A stretch of 64,000 bases of DNA from Clostridia bacterium (GCA_017938795.1 JAGBAV010000037.1:4305-68304); one strand, 5' to 3'. Numbered from the stretch's first letter, positions 52,875 through 62,718 are shown. Translations and numbers: made by a program. The notes: a model not told the origin generated them from the letters alone.

Positions 52875-55526
52875 TCACAGCCTCGTGATCAGGCGGCTGC
52901 CGTGCGGGCCCTTGACGGCCTCCAGCTTGGCGGGGATCGTCTCTGCCAGCTGCTCGACATGCGAGATCACGCCCACGACGCCGTTTGTGCGCTGGATGCC
53001 CTGCAGCACCTCCAGCGCATCGCCCACGGACTCGCGGTCCAGCGAGCCGAAGCCCTCGTCGATGAACATCGCTTCCAGCCGGATGCCGCTGCCCTGCGCC
53101 TGCACGACCGTGGACAGGCCGATGGCAAGGCTCAGCGCGACGAGGAACTTCTCGCCGCCGGACAGCGTTGTGACGCTCCTGCGCTCGTTGTTCTGCGCGT
53201 CGTAGACCTCCAGCTCAAGGCCGCCCTTGCGCCCGGCGCCGGCGATGGCGTCCGTCCTGTGCAGCTGGTAGCGACCGCCGTACACGCCGGCAAGCAGCCT
53301 GTTGGCCTGCACGGTGATCGACGTGAGCATCACGCCCAGCACATAGCGCTGCAGGCTGCTGCCTTTGGTTCCTCGCAGCCTGTTGGCGAACTCCAGATCC
53401 TCGTCCGCCTGCAGGCGGGCGGCCTCATTTGCCTCTGTGCGCCTGGTCAGCGCGGCGTGGTCCTTCTCCATTCTCGCAGCGAGCTGGGCGGCGGTTGCGT
53501 GGTCGGCGACCGCCTTTTTATGCGCCTGATCGGCCTGACGGATCGCTGCGTTCAGGGCAGCCATGTCCGGCTCGGTCTGTCCGGCGAGCTTTTCCTGCTG
53601 CGCGGCGAGCTGGGCGGCGGCGTCCTGCACGCGCGTCCTGTACTCGACGAGGCGGCTCTGGCACTTATTGCGCTCCTCCGGCGTGAGGCATGCGCCGGCG
53701 AACTGCTTTTCGCTCTCAAAGCCTGCGGCGGCAAGCGCGTCGGCGAAGGCGCTCTGCTTCTCCTGCGCGTCGCTCTGCGCGGCGGCGAGCTCTGCATGGG
53801 CGGCGGCCTGCGCCGTCTGCGCAGCGGCGTATGCGGCCTGTGCGCTCGTGATGGCGGCTGCGCTCTCCTGATCAGCCTTATCGTAGTTGGCGACGGACGT
53901 CGTATACTTTCGGATGGCGGCCTCCAGATCTTTCAGCGTCTCCACGCCGCTGATGCGGCCGGAGAGCGTATTCTCAAGGTCGCGCTGCGCCGCGATCTCG
54001 TCCTGCGTGGCCTGCTGGTGCAGCCGGCGGGCGGTATCGGCGCCCTGCTGCGCGTCGGCGTGACGCTTGTGGGCGAGCTCATACTGCTTGTCGCTTTGCT
54101 TGGTTTCGCGGCTGCTGGTATCCAGCTGCTCGTCGGTGACGGGCGACGCGGCGGGCTGCGCCGGAGCGGGATGATGCGTGCTGCCGCAGACGGGGCAGGG
54201 CATGCCGGCCTTCAGCTCTGCGGCGAGCTTTCCGCCGATGCCGAGGATATACTGCTCCTGCATGCGCTCATACTGCGCCCGCGCCTCCCGCTGCGCCCTG
54301 AACGCGCGCTCAAGGCTCTTTTCGCAGGAGGCCAGCGTCAGCTCGGCCTGCTCCTGCTCTTTACGGCGCTCCTCCTTGAGGCTTGCTGCCTTCTGCCATG
54401 CGCTCTGCCGCTCGGCGAGGGATTCGTACGTCCCGCGCGCGTTCTCCAGCAGGGTGATATGGCGGCGGAACTGATCGTATTTCTCCCGGTTCTGCCCGAC
54501 CTTCTCGCGCGTGGCCTGCACGGCGGCAAGGTCATTCTGTGCGCGGGTGAGGTTGTCCTGCGCGGTTTCTGCCGCTGTACGGCGCGCTGCAGTCAGGCGG
54601 GCGGCTTCCTTCGCCGCGGTCTGCAGGGGGATGATGGCCTCCGTGCGGGCGGCGAGGGCAAGCTGCCGCTCTGTCTGCTGATATGCTTCCGCCTGGGATT
54701 TCAGACTGCGCAGCTCCGCCTCGCGCTTTCTCAGCGCGTCGTACTCCGCGCTGACGAGCAGCGCGGCTTCGTTCTCCTTGCGCAGGGCGGCGAGGGCAGC
54801 CTCCTGCTGCCGGCTCTGCTGTGCGAGGGCGTCCGCCTGCGTGCGCTGCCCCTCCAGCCTGACGGCGAGCAGGGGGAGCGACGTGCAGCCGTATTCCTGC
54901 AGCTTCCCCTTGATGGCGATTCCCTCGGCCTTGATCTCCTCGCTGCGCGCATGGACCCGGCGGTAGAGCTCCTCGGCGATGCGCTGCCAGCGGTCGGCAT
55001 GGAAGAGGCTGACGAGGATCTTCTCCTTCTCGACAGAGTCGGAGACGAGCAGCTTCTCGAACTGGCCCTGAGGCAGGATGATGACCTGACGGAACTGCTC
55101 GTATGTCAGGCCGATGAGCTCCTGCGCCTTCTGGTTGACGAAGGTGGCCTTCGGGTTTTCCAGCAGAGGGACGAACACGCCGTCCGTGAGCACCTGACAG
55201 TCGTGGCTGTCGTTGAGGTTCTTGCGCGCGATCTTCAGGCTGCGCAGGAAACGATAGCGCTTGCCGCTGCAGTCAAAGATGAACTCGATGCGCGTCTCGT
55301 CGTCCTTGCCGGCGAGCTTGCAGCGCATGACCGACAGGTCGCCGCGCAGCCCGCCGCTGGATTTGCCATAGAGCGCATAGCAGATGGCATCGAGGATGGT
55401 CGACTTGCCCGCGCCGGTCTCGCCGCAGATGAGGAACAGGCCGCTCTGCTGCAGTGCCTCAAAGTCGATCTCCTGCCGCTCCATATACGGGCCGAAGCAT
55501 TGGAAGCTCAGATATACAGGCCTCAT
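52875..55526 (-). CDS. sbcC: exonuclease SbcC (Rad50-like SMC ATPase)
   Basis: Walker A LICGETGAGKSTILDAI, zinc hook CPVCGSTHHP, signature LSGGEKFLVALSLA, Walker B MFIDEGFGSLD. Confidence 0.9.
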   Translation of the reverse strand: MRPVYLSFQCFGPYMERQEIDFEALQQSGLFLICGETGAGKSTILDAICYALYGKSSGGLRGDLSVMRCKLAGKDDETRIEFIFDCSGKRYRFLRSLKIARKNLNDSHDCQVLTDGVFVPLLENPKATFVNQKAQELIGLTYEQFRQVIILPQGQFEKLLVSDSVEKEKILVSLFHADRWQRIAEELYRRVHARSEEIKAEGIAIKGKLQEYGCTSLPLLAVRLEGQRTQADALAQQSRQQEAALAALRKENEAALLVSAEYDALRKREAELRSLKSQAEAYQQTERQLALAARTEAIIPLQTAAKEAARLTAARRTAAETAQDNLTRAQNDLAAVQATREKVGQNREKYDQFRRHITLLENARGTYESLAERQSAWQKAASLKEERRKEQEQAELTLASCEKSLERAFRAQREARAQYERMQEQYILGIGGKLAAELKAGMPCPVCGSTHHPAPAQPAASPVTDEQLDTSSRETKQSDKQYELAHKRHADAQQGADTARRLHQQATQDEIAAQRDLENTLSGRISGVETLKDLEAAIRKYTTSVANYDKADQESAAAITSAQAAYAAAQTAQAAAHAELAAAQSDAQEKQSAFADALAAAGFESEKQFAGACLTPEERNKCQSRLVEYRTRVQDAAAQLAAQQEKLAGQTEPDMAALNAAIRQADQAHKKAVADHATAAQLAARMEKDHAALTRRTEANEAARLQADEDLEFANRLRGTKGSSLQRYVLGVMLTSITVQANRLLAGVYGGRYQLHRTDAIAGAGRKGGLELEVYDAQNNERRSVTTLSGGEKFLVALSLAIGLSTVVQAQGSGIRLEAMFIDEGFGSLDRESVGDALEVLQGIQRTNGVVGVISHVEQLAETIPAKLEAVKGPHGSRLITRL

Positions 55527-56656
55527 GACAGCTCACCCTCCTCCTCGCTCCATGCGAGCACATCCTGAAACAGCGCAAGCTGTGCGTCGGTCGGCTCGCA
55601 GCCAAAGTTCTCCGCCATGAATTTCTGCATGATGTCCGTTTCGTCCATGGACTCCAGCTCCTCCACGGACAGCGCGGAGAGCGCATCCCCGGCCTCGACA
55701 CTCTTGCCGCAGACCTCCAGCACATTCGGGAAGCGATCGCGAAGCTGCGCCAACAGCTCCAGCCCGGCATACCTGTCCGTGACCGTCAGGCGCAGGTACT
55801 GATCGCTGAGATCCTCCCGCGCAAGCAGCTCGTCAAGCGTGCCCGCTGCGCTCGCTCTGTCGCGCAGCGGCGGCAGCGGGATGAACCGCTGGCTCATATC
55901 GTCGGTGTCGATGAGCACGACGCCCTTCTCCTGCGTCTCCTCGCTGCCGAAGGAATACTTGAGCGGGCTGCCGCTGTAGCGCACATGCGGCGCGATGACC
56001 TGCGGCTTATGGATATGCCCGAGGGCGACATAGTCAAAGCCATCAAAGACGTCCTTGGACACCGCTGTGGCGAAGCCCACGCGCGCAGAGCGGTCGGAAT
56101 CGGACAGCTCCGACCCGACGATCAGCGCATGGGAGAGAATGATGTTGCGCCGTGCGGGATCCATCTGGCTGCGGATGTGATCGCAGAGCACCTGATATGC
56201 CGTCTCCGTGGAGCGGATGGCCTCCTGCTTCTCCGGGAAGAGCGCGCTCACCGCATCGCGCGTGAAGAAGGGCAGGGGATAGACCGCCGTGCGCCCGCCG
56301 TCCAGCAGCACGGGCTCCACATCGCGCGTGAGCCGCCCGCGCACATGCAGGCCGGAGGCGGCGAGCAGCTCCCTGCAGGAAGCAAGGCGAGGCGCGCTGT
56401 CGTGGTTGCCGGCGATGACGATCATCGTCACGCCCAGCTGCACGCAGAGCATGGACGCCGCGTCGTTGTAGATCCCGATGGCGTCCGCGCTGACGACGCC
56501 CGCGTCGTACACATCGCCCGCCAGCAGCACCGCGCCCACGCCCTCGCGGACGATGAGCTCCCGCAGCTGCGCGAGGAAATGACGCTGGCAGCCCTCGTAG
56601 CTGCCCGTGCCCACGGGCATGCCCAGATGCCAGTCGGAGGTATGCAGTATCTTCAA
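55523..56656 (-). CDS. sbcD: exonuclease SbcD (Mre11-like phosphoesterase)
   Basis: TTG start after AAGGAGG. MKILHTSDWHLG, LLAGDVYD, IAGNHDS. Stop overlaps the sbcC start. Confidence 0.9.
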   Translation of the reverse strand: MKILHTSDWHLGMPVGTGSYEGCQRHFLAQLRELIVREGVGAVLLAGDVYDAGVVSADAIGIYNDAASMLCVQLGVTMIVIAGNHDSAPRLASCRELLAASGLHVRGRLTRDVEPVLLDGGRTAVYPLPFFTRDAVSALFPEKQEAIRSTETAYQVLCDHIRSQMDPARRNIILSHALIVGSELSDSDRSARVGFATAVSKDVFDGFDYVALGHIHKPQVIAPHVRYSGSPLKYSFGSEETQEKGVVLIDTDDMSQRFIPLPPLRDRASAAGTLDELLAREDLSDQYLRLTVTDRYAGLELLAQLRDRFPNVLEVCGKSVEAGDALSALSVEELESMDETDIMQKFMAENFGCEPTDAQLALFQDVLAWSEEEGELS

Positions 56657-56756
56657 GAGGATGGCCTCCTTTGATCGTGTGATACAGACATTATACCATG
56701 AACGGGCTGAAGAGAAAAGCTGGCGTCTTCGCGCGCATGCATCAGTACGATTCCAA

Positions 56757-56785
56757 ACAAAAAAGCGGCAGGCTGCCCTGCCGCT
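56757..56785 (-). terminator. intrinsic terminator after the ybjN-like gene
   Basis: gcggcagg / ctgc / cctgccgc, with an A7 run on + giving a T run on the - strand. Confidence 0.7.
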
Positions 56786-56797
56786 CTTGCGGTGTGA

Positions 56798-57265
56798 TTA
56801 CTTGTTCTCGATGGCCTTGATGTCGTTCTCCGGATCGCCGAAGCCCATGAGGCTCTTGACCAGGCCGTCGCCGTACATCTGCATCATCAGGATCGGGATG
56901 TCGACCACGCGCTCGATGTCCTTCAGACCCGGATCGGTGTCCTTGCACGGGAGGTAGGCCTGATAGCGGATCTCGCCGTCGGAGTAGTCGAACTCGAACT
57001 TGCCGACCTTGAGGTTGTAGTTGGCGCGGGTGATGAACTCGACGACCTGCGCGTACACGTCGGCGGAGGCGTTCATCGGGCAGATGCCGAAGCTCTGGAT
57101 GCCGGCCTCCTCAACGACGATCAGCATGCGGATGCTCTTGAGCTTGGACTTGACGCCCATGCTCATCTCGATCACGTTGCTGCGCTTCTCGTTGAGCTTA
57201 TAGTGCCAGTTCTGGGAATCGAGGTATTCGATCGTCTTGCGGATCAGATGCTCCTGATGGGTCAT
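56798..57265 (-). CDS. YbjN-domain (T3SS-chaperone-like) protein
   Basis: 155 aa. The pattern ...SIRMLIVVEEAGIQSFGICP...VVEFITRANYNLKVGKFEFDYSDGEIRY is typical of the YbjN family. Confidence 0.65.
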   Translation of the reverse strand: MTHQEHLIRKTIEYLDSQNWHYKLNEKRSNVIEMSMGVKSKLKSIRMLIVVEEAGIQSFGICPMNASADVYAQVVEFITRANYNLKVGKFEFDYSDGEIRYQAYLPCKDTDPGLKDIERVVDIPILMMQMYGDGLVKSLMGFGDPENDIKAIENK

Positions 57266-57785
57266 GATGAAACACTCCTTTTCTGTGTTGGTATGGTTGT
57301 TTGCTTGCTGTGATCACAGGATACCACAGGTTGGAAGAATAACATATACTACCGATACATATCCGCAGGGACGGCATCATGTATGGCTGTCTTAAGCTAT
57401 TTTACCACCAATTGCACGAAATGTCCATAGTGGCCGGGGTTCTTCGCGCGTACGGCTCTCCTGCCTGAACCTATGATCGCACGGTATGCGGGGCGGCAGG
57501 GAGAAAGCGCGGATCCGGAGCGTTTTCTGGAGAAAAAAGAATCAGGATTCTGCGCTGTGCGGCGCTGTATGCTCTGGCGGACGATGGGGGCTGGATGTGA
57601 TTTCGTCCCGCTGCGGGGAAGCTGCATAGCGAACCGGCAAAGACTTTACTGCGGGGCGGGATTCTTTGGGTCAGGAGGGAGGAATCCGGGCCGAACCCGG
57701 ACGGGCGGCCCCGGCAGTGAGGCGTGAATGGGAGGCGAATAAAGAAAAAGCCCCGATTTCTTCAACAAAATCAAGGCTTTTTTCA

Positions 57786-57862
57786 TGGCGTACCTGATAG
57801 GATTCGAACCTACGGCCTTCAGAGTCGGAGTCTGACGCTCTATCCAACTGAGCTACAGGTAC
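57786..57862 (-). tRNA. tRNA-Arg (anticodon CCG)
   Basis: Minus strand: GTACCTG-TA-GCTC-AGTTGGATA-GAGC-G-TCAGA-CTCCGAC-TCTGA-AGGCC-GTAGG-TTCGAAT-CCTAT-CAGGTAC-G-CCA. This gives a full cloverleaf of 77 nt with an encoded CCA. Confidence 0.93.
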
Positions 57863-57875
57863 ATGCGCATCTGAC

Positions 57876-57904
57876 ATTATACTATGCGCAAATGGGAATG
57901 TCAA
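57876..57904 (-). promoter_or_regulatory. consensus sigma70 promoter of the tRNA-Arg gene
   Basis: Minus strand: TTGACA (57904-57899), 17-nt spacer, TATAAT (57881-57876). The -10 element ends 13 nt upstream of the tRNA 5' end. Confidence 0.7.
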
Positions 57905-58028
57905 CCACAACGCCGGGTGGTAAAACTCGGAAAAATTTCCGCCGGCTGCGATTAGGGCTTGATTTGCGGCAAATTGCAGGTATAATAAAAATGTTGTGAA
58001 CCACTTGATAACGGAGGGAAACACAGTT

Positions 58029-59339
58029 ATGGAAAGAACATATGCGGCTAACGTCCGCGGCGCGGAGCAGATCAAGGTCTGCGGCTTCGTGGATACCATT
58101 CGCAATAAGAGCAAGATGGCCTTCATCGTGCTCAAGGATATCACCGGCAGGGTGCAGATCACCGTGGAGAAGAACGAGGATCCGGAGCTGGACGCTGCGG
58201 TCAACTCCCTGACCCCGGACTCTGTCATCACCGTCATCGGTAAGGCTGTGGAGAGCGAGTATGTCAAGCTCGGCGGCGTGGAGATCTATCCCAAGCAGAT
58301 CATCGTCGAGTCCATCGCGGCGCCGCTGCCGATCGACCGCGAGGCGCGTAAGGGCCACGAGCGCTCCTCCATCGACCAGCGCATTGACTACCGCTGGGTC
58401 GACCTGCGTACCGATAAGAACCAGATGCTCTTCAAGGTGCAGACGCTGCTCGTCGCCTCCATGCGCGAGTACCTGCTGGAGAAGAAGTTCATCGAGATCC
58501 ATACCCCGAAGCTGATTGGCGCGGCCAGCGAGTCCGGCGCGGATGTGTTCGAGGTCAAGTACTTCGACCGCAACGCCTACCTTGCCCAGAGCCCGCAGTT
58601 CTATAAGCAGATGGCCATGGCCTCCGGCTTTGAGCGCATCTTTGAGGTGGGCCCGGTCTTCCGCGCGGAGAAGAGCTTCACCAGCAAGCACACCACTGAG
58701 TTCTCCGGCTTCGATCTGGAGTTCAGCTTCATCGAGTCCTTCCATGACGTGATGCAGCTGGAGGCCGAGCTGCTGACCTATGCCCTTGGCAAGGTCAAGG
58801 AGACCTACGGCAAGGAGCTGGAGGAGATGTTCGGCGCGCCGCTGGAGGTGCCGACCCTGCCGTTCCCGGTGATGAAGCTCGCCGACCTGTATGAGGAACT
58901 GGAGAAGGAATTCGGCTACAAGGTGCCGGAGGTGGAGAAGGGCGACCTGACCACCGAGGCGGAGCACCTGTCCTATGATCTGGTCAAGAAGAAGTTCGGC
59001 CACGAGTTCCTCTTCGTCACCGACTTCAGCGCGGAAAAGCGCGCCTTCTACCACATGCGCGACGAGCAGGGCATCCCGCAGGGCTACGACCTGATCTGGC
59101 GCGGTGTGGAGATCACCACCGGCGCCCAGCGCGAGCACCGCTATGACGTGCTCTGCGCGCAGGCGAAGGAGAAGGGCCTTGACGAGGACGTCAAGTTCTA
59201 CACCGAGTTCTTCAAGTACGGCTGCCCGCCGCACGGCGGCTTCGGCCTGGGCATCGACCGCTTGACCATGCTCCTGTTGGGCATGGCGATCAAGGAGGCC
59301 ATGTTCATCTTCCGCGGCCCGACCCGCCTCACCCCGTAA
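58029..59339 (+). CDS. aspS: aspartate--tRNA ligase, archaeal/short type (class IIb)
   Basis: Start at MERTYAANV after GGAGGGA. Motif 2 FRAEKSFTSKHTTEF. Motif 3 GGFGLGIDRLTM. C-terminal ...FRGPTRLTP. Discriminating vs non-discriminating specificity cannot be decided. Confidence 0.88.
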   Translation: MERTYAANVRGAEQIKVCGFVDTIRNKSKMAFIVLKDITGRVQITVEKNEDPELDAAVNSLTPDSVITVIGKAVESEYVKLGGVEIYPKQIIVESIAAPLPIDREARKGHERSSIDQRIDYRWVDLRTDKNQMLFKVQTLLVASMREYLLEKKFIEIHTPKLIGAASESGADVFEVKYFDRNAYLAQSPQFYKQMAMASGFERIFEVGPVFRAEKSFTSKHTTEFSGFDLEFSFIESFHDVMQLEAELLTYALGKVKETYGKELEEMFGAPLEVPTLPFPVMKLADLYEELEKEFGYKVPEVEKGDLTTEAEHLSYDLVKKKFGHEFLFVTDFSAEKRAFYHMRDEQGIPQGYDLIWRGVEITTGAQREHRYDVLCAQAKEKGLDEDVKFYTEFFKYGCPPHGGFGLGIDRLTMLLLGMAIKEAMFIFRGPTRLTP

Positions 59340-59354
59340 TCATCATGCAGCACA

Positions 59355-59393
59355 GGGGGCTGTCAGGATCCAACCTGACGGCCTCCTTTTTTT
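59355..59393 (+). terminator. intrinsic terminator after aspS
   Basis: 13-bp stem gggggctgtcagg / cctgacggcctcc, 6-nt loop, T7 run. Confidence 0.85.
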
Positions 59394-59394
59394 G

Positions 59395-59423
59395 TTGACA
59401 ATCTGAAAATGGTGTGCTATAAT
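59395..59423 (+). promoter_or_regulatory. consensus sigma70 promoter of the sdpR-like operon
   Basis: TTGACA, 17-nt spacer, TATAAT. Confidence 0.7.
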
Positions 59424-59460
59424 ACAGTTAACGATTAGGTTAAATGTTAAATGAAAGGGG

Positions 59461-59742
59461 ATGCCTATGGCTCTGCAGGAGACCATGCGTGCGCTGGCTG
59501 ATCCGATCCGGCGGGAGATCCTCAATCTCCTCAAGGGCGGCAGGCTGTCCGCCGGGGAGATTTCGGAGCGCTTTCCGGTGACGGCGGCGTCTATTTCGCG
59601 CCATTTGTCCGTGCTGCGGGAGGCGGATCTCATCCGCGACAAGCGGGAGGGGAAGTATATCTATTACGAGCTGAACGCCTCGGTGCTCGAGGAGATCATG
59701 CTCTTTATCAGCGATCTGAGGGGGGAAAAGGAAAATGCGTGA
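59461..59742 (+). CDS. ArsR/SdpR-family autorepressor
   Basis: LADPIRREILNLL...ISERFPVTAASISRHLSVLREADLI winged HTH. 93 aa. Confidence 0.8.
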   Translation: MPMALQETMRALADPIRREILNLLKGGRLSAGEISERFPVTAASISRHLSVLREADLIRDKREGKYIYYELNASVLEEIMLFISDLRGEKENA

Positions 59743-60394
59743 ATACATCCGGAAGAATAAATGGCGGCTGCTGGCGCATGCCGTCGTCGCGGCGGTGACG
59801 CTGCTGCCGATGCTGGCGGGCGTCCTCCTGTGGGACAGGCTGCCCGAGCAGGTGGCGACGCACTGGGGCATGGACGGCGAGCCCAACGGCTGGTCAAGCC
59901 GCGGCTTTGCGGTGTTCGGGCTGCCGCTGATCCTGCTGGGGCTGCACTTTGTGTGCGTGGCGGTGAGCGAGCGCGGCGGCACGGCGGTTGGCAGCAACCC
60001 GAAGATGATGCGCATCATGCATGGGATCTGCCCGATGATTTCGCTGTTTGGGTCCGCTGCGGTCTATGCCCATGCGCTGGGCGTCTCCTTCGATATCCAT
60101 ACGCCTGCGCTGCTGCTGCTGGGCGCGCTGCTCATGGCGGTGGGCAATTATCTGCCCAAGTGCACGAGGAACCGCTGGCTCGGCATCCGCATCAAGTGGA
60201 CGCTGGAGGATGACGACAACTGGCGCGTGACGCATCGCTTCGGCGGCATGGTCTTTATGGCGGCGGGCGTGCTGCTGCTTGTCTGCCTGCTGCTGCCGGC
60301 CACGGCTGCGGCATCAGCGGCGCTGGTCATTCTGGCGCTGGCTGTGCTGCTGCCCATCCTGTATTCGTATCTGTATCACAGAAGGCATGGCTGA
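59735..60394 (+). CDS. SdpI-family membrane protein (DUF1648 + SdpI immunity/signal-transduction domain)
   Basis: LPEQVATHWGMDGEPNGWSSR (DUF1648 signature), then 4-5 TM helices with a ...WLGIRIKWTLEDDDNWRVTHRF SdpI-type loop. Start overlaps the repressor gene. Confidence 0.75.
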   Translation: MREYIRKNKWRLLAHAVVAAVTLLPMLAGVLLWDRLPEQVATHWGMDGEPNGWSSRGFAVFGLPLILLGLHFVCVAVSERGGTAVGSNPKMMRIMHGICPMISLFGSAAVYAHALGVSFDIHTPALLLLGALLMAVGNYLPKCTRNRWLGIRIKWTLEDDDNWRVTHRFGGMVFMAAGVLLLVCLLLPATAAASAALVILALAVLLPILYSYLYHRRHG

Positions 60395-60407
60395 GAGGAG
60401 AATGCAT

Positions 60408-61127
60408 ATGGAAGTGCTTCGCATTGAGAACCTGACCAAGGTCTATCCCGGCGGAAAGCGCGCTGTGGACGGCCTGTCCCTGAGCGTGCGCGAGGGGGAA
60501 ATCTGCGCGTTCATCGGCCACAACGGAGCCGGCAAGTCGACCACCATCCGCGCGGTCTGCGGCGTGATGGGCTTTGACGAGGGCGAGATCCGGGTCGACG
60601 GCATTTCGGTCCGGGAGGATCCGCTTGCCTGCAAGCGGCGCATCGCTTATCTGCCGGATCATCCCGCGCTGTATCCGTTCATGACGGGCGATCAGTTCAT
60701 CGCGCTGACGGCGGATCTGTACGGCGTGGGGGCGAAGGAGCGCGCCGAGCGCACGGAACGCTACGCCGCGATGCTCGGCATGACGGACCGGCTTGGCGAT
60801 CTGATCGATTCCTATTCCCACGGCATGCGCCAGAAGACGGCGGTTATCGCTGCGCTGGTGCATCAGCCGCGGCTGATGGTGCTGGACGAGCCGTTCGTCG
60901 GGCTGGACCCGGAGGCGGCGTATCACCTCAAGCGCGTGATGCGCGAGCTCTGCGATCAGGGCAGCGCGATCTTCTTTTCCACCCATGTGCTGGAGGTCGC
61001 GCAGAAGCTGTGCGACCGCGTGGTCATGATCCGCGGCGGCAGGCTTGTCGCGCAGGGCACGATGGAAGAGATTGCCGGCGATCGTTCGCTGGAGGACGTC
61101 TTTATGGAGGAGGCGCTTCATGACTGA
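60408..61127 (+). CDS. ABC transporter ATP-binding protein (ABC-2 exporter type)
   Basis: GHNGAGKSTT, signature-like YSHGMRQKTAV, Walker B MVLDEPFVGLD. Confidence 0.88.
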   Translation: MEVLRIENLTKVYPGGKRAVDGLSLSVREGEICAFIGHNGAGKSTTIRAVCGVMGFDEGEIRVDGISVREDPLACKRRIAYLPDHPALYPFMTGDQFIALTADLYGVGAKERAERTERYAAMLGMTDRLGDLIDSYSHGMRQKTAVIAALVHQPRLMVLDEPFVGLDPEAAYHLKRVMRELCDQGSAIFFSTHVLEVAQKLCDRVVMIRGGRLVAQGTMEEIAGDRSLEDVFMEEALHD

Positions 61128-62718
61128 TTGGATCCGGGGAACGGGGCTGCTGCTGCGCATCCGCCTGCTCCGGCTGGCCGGGGTGAACAGCCTGATTCAC
61201 GGGCATGACAGGCGGCAGCGCCTGCGCGCGCTGGGGACGCTTGCGCTGTGTCTGCTGGTGTGCGCGATGGCTGTGGGATATTCGGCGGTATATATGATTG
61301 CGCTCAGCGAGATGGGGGCGCTGGATGCGGCTGCGCATGTGTATGCGATTGTGATCGCGATGCTGGCGTTCGGCGCGGTCGGGCTCAAGGGCCCGGCGCT
61401 GATCTTCGGCGGCGATGATGTGGAGATGCTGCGCGCGATGCCCGTGCCGACAGCGGCCATCGCGGCGAGCCGGCTCCTGTCCGTGCTCCTGCCGGAATTG
61501 CTGTTCGCGCTGCTGATCGCCGTGCCTGCGGCGGTATCGGGGGTATGCCTGGGCATGGAGCCGGGTAAGGCGCTGCGCTTTGCGGCGGCGATGCTGCTCA
61601 TCCCTGCGCTGCCCACGGCAGCTGCGCTGATGGTGGGCGTGCTGGTGTCGTGGGTGACGCGGCGCATGCGCCACCGTGCGCTGGTGTCCGGTGTGCTGAG
61701 CATGGCGCTGATGGCGCTGGTGCTCTCCGGCGTGATGGCGCTGGGCGCCGCCTCCGGTACGGGCAGCATCACCGAGCAGCTGCTGATGGTGAAGCTTGGC
61801 CGCGCGGCCGAGCTGGTCAGGGGGCTGTATCCCCCGGCGGACTGGGCGTATCAGGCGATGAACGGGCATGCGGCCGGCTTTGCGTGGCTGCTGCTGTCCG
61901 CCGCTGCGGCGCTTGCTGCGGTGTGCCTGTTTGTCACGCTGGGCTTTACGCGCGTATGCGATGCGCTGGCCTCCGCCTCTGCCCGGAGCGGCGTGCGGCG
62001 TGTGCGCGTGCGCTGCCTGTCGCCGGTGCTCGCGCTGCTTGGCAAGGAATGGCAGCGGCTCGTCTCCTGCGGCGTGTATATGATGAATACCATGATGGGC
62101 GCCGTGCTGATCGTCCTCATGGCGGCGGCGGTCTGCGTGATGAACCTGCGCCCGTATGTGGGGATGCTCCGCTTTGTGCCGGTGATCGGCGGGCAGGCGC
62201 TTGCGCTGCTGCCGCTGATCCCGGCGTTCGCTGCGGGGGTCATGCAGCCCACGGCCTGCGCTGTCTCGCTGGAGGGGCAGCAGATGGTGCTGCTGCGCGC
62301 GATGCCTGTGCGCATGCGCGACTGGCTCGGGGCGAAGGTGCTGCTGGCGCTGTGCCTGTATGTGCCCGCGCTGCTCGCGGGAGGCGCGGTCGCCGTCTGG
62401 CGGCTGGGGCTCTCCGGCGCGCCCGCTGCGCTGATGATGATCTATCCGACGTGCGCTGCGGCGTTTGCTGCGGTATGCTCGCTTGCGATGAATCTGCTCT
62501 TCCCGCGCTTTGACTGGGAGCAGGAGGTGCAGGCCGTCAAGCAGGGCGCGGCGGTGCTGCTGGCGATGCTCATCGGGCTGCTCACGCAGATCGCCGTCGC
62601 CGCGCTGGCGATCGTCACGGGGCGCGCTGTGCTGGTCATGGGTGCCGCTGCAGGTGTACAGCTTGTGGGTGCGGCGGCGCTGTTTGCGCTGCTGTGCAGA
62701 CGGCCGATGCCGGAGTGA
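61120..62718 (+). CDS. large polytopic ABC-exporter permease-like membrane protein
   Basis: ATG 61120 overlaps the ATPase stop. 532 aa with at least 10 hydrophobic helices and no soluble domain. Confidence 0.65.
   Translation: MTDWIRGTGLLLRIRLLRLAGVNSLIHGHDRRQRLRALGTLALCLLVCAMAVGYSAVYMIALSEMGALDAAAHVYAIVIAMLAFGAVGLKGPALIFGGDDVEMLRAMPVPTAAIAASRLLSVLLPELLFALLIAVPAAVSGVCLGMEPGKALRFAAAMLLIPALPTAAALMVGVLVSWVTRRMRHRALVSGVLSMALMALVLSGVMALGAASGTGSITEQLLMVKLGRAAELVRGLYPPADWAYQAMNGHAAGFAWLLLSAAAALAAVCLFVTLGFTRVCDALASASARSGVRRVRVRCLSPVLALLGKEWQRLVSCGVYMMNTMMGAVLIVLMAAAVCVMNLRPYVGMLRFVPVIGGQALALLPLIPAFAAGVMQPTACAVSLEGQQMVLLRAMPVRMRDWLGAKVLLALCLYVPALLAGGAVAVWRLGLSGAPAALMMIYPTCAAAFAAVCSLAMNLLFPRFDWEQEVQAVKQGAAVLLAMLIGLLTQIAVAALAIVTGRAVLVMGAAAGVQLVGAAALFALLCRRPMPE

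Noticed and set aside
52866-55568. 900-aa plus-strand ORF antisense to sbcC
   Set aside because: Shadow ORF. The minus strand encodes complete Walker A, zinc hook, signature and Walker B motifs of SbcC.
57905-58028. T-box leader upstream of aspS (gggtggtaaaactcgg resembles the T-box core)
   Set aside because: Only about 120 nt are available between the divergent tRNA promoter and the aspS start. The core lacks the conserved GGTACCGCG, and there is no terminator/antiterminator pair.
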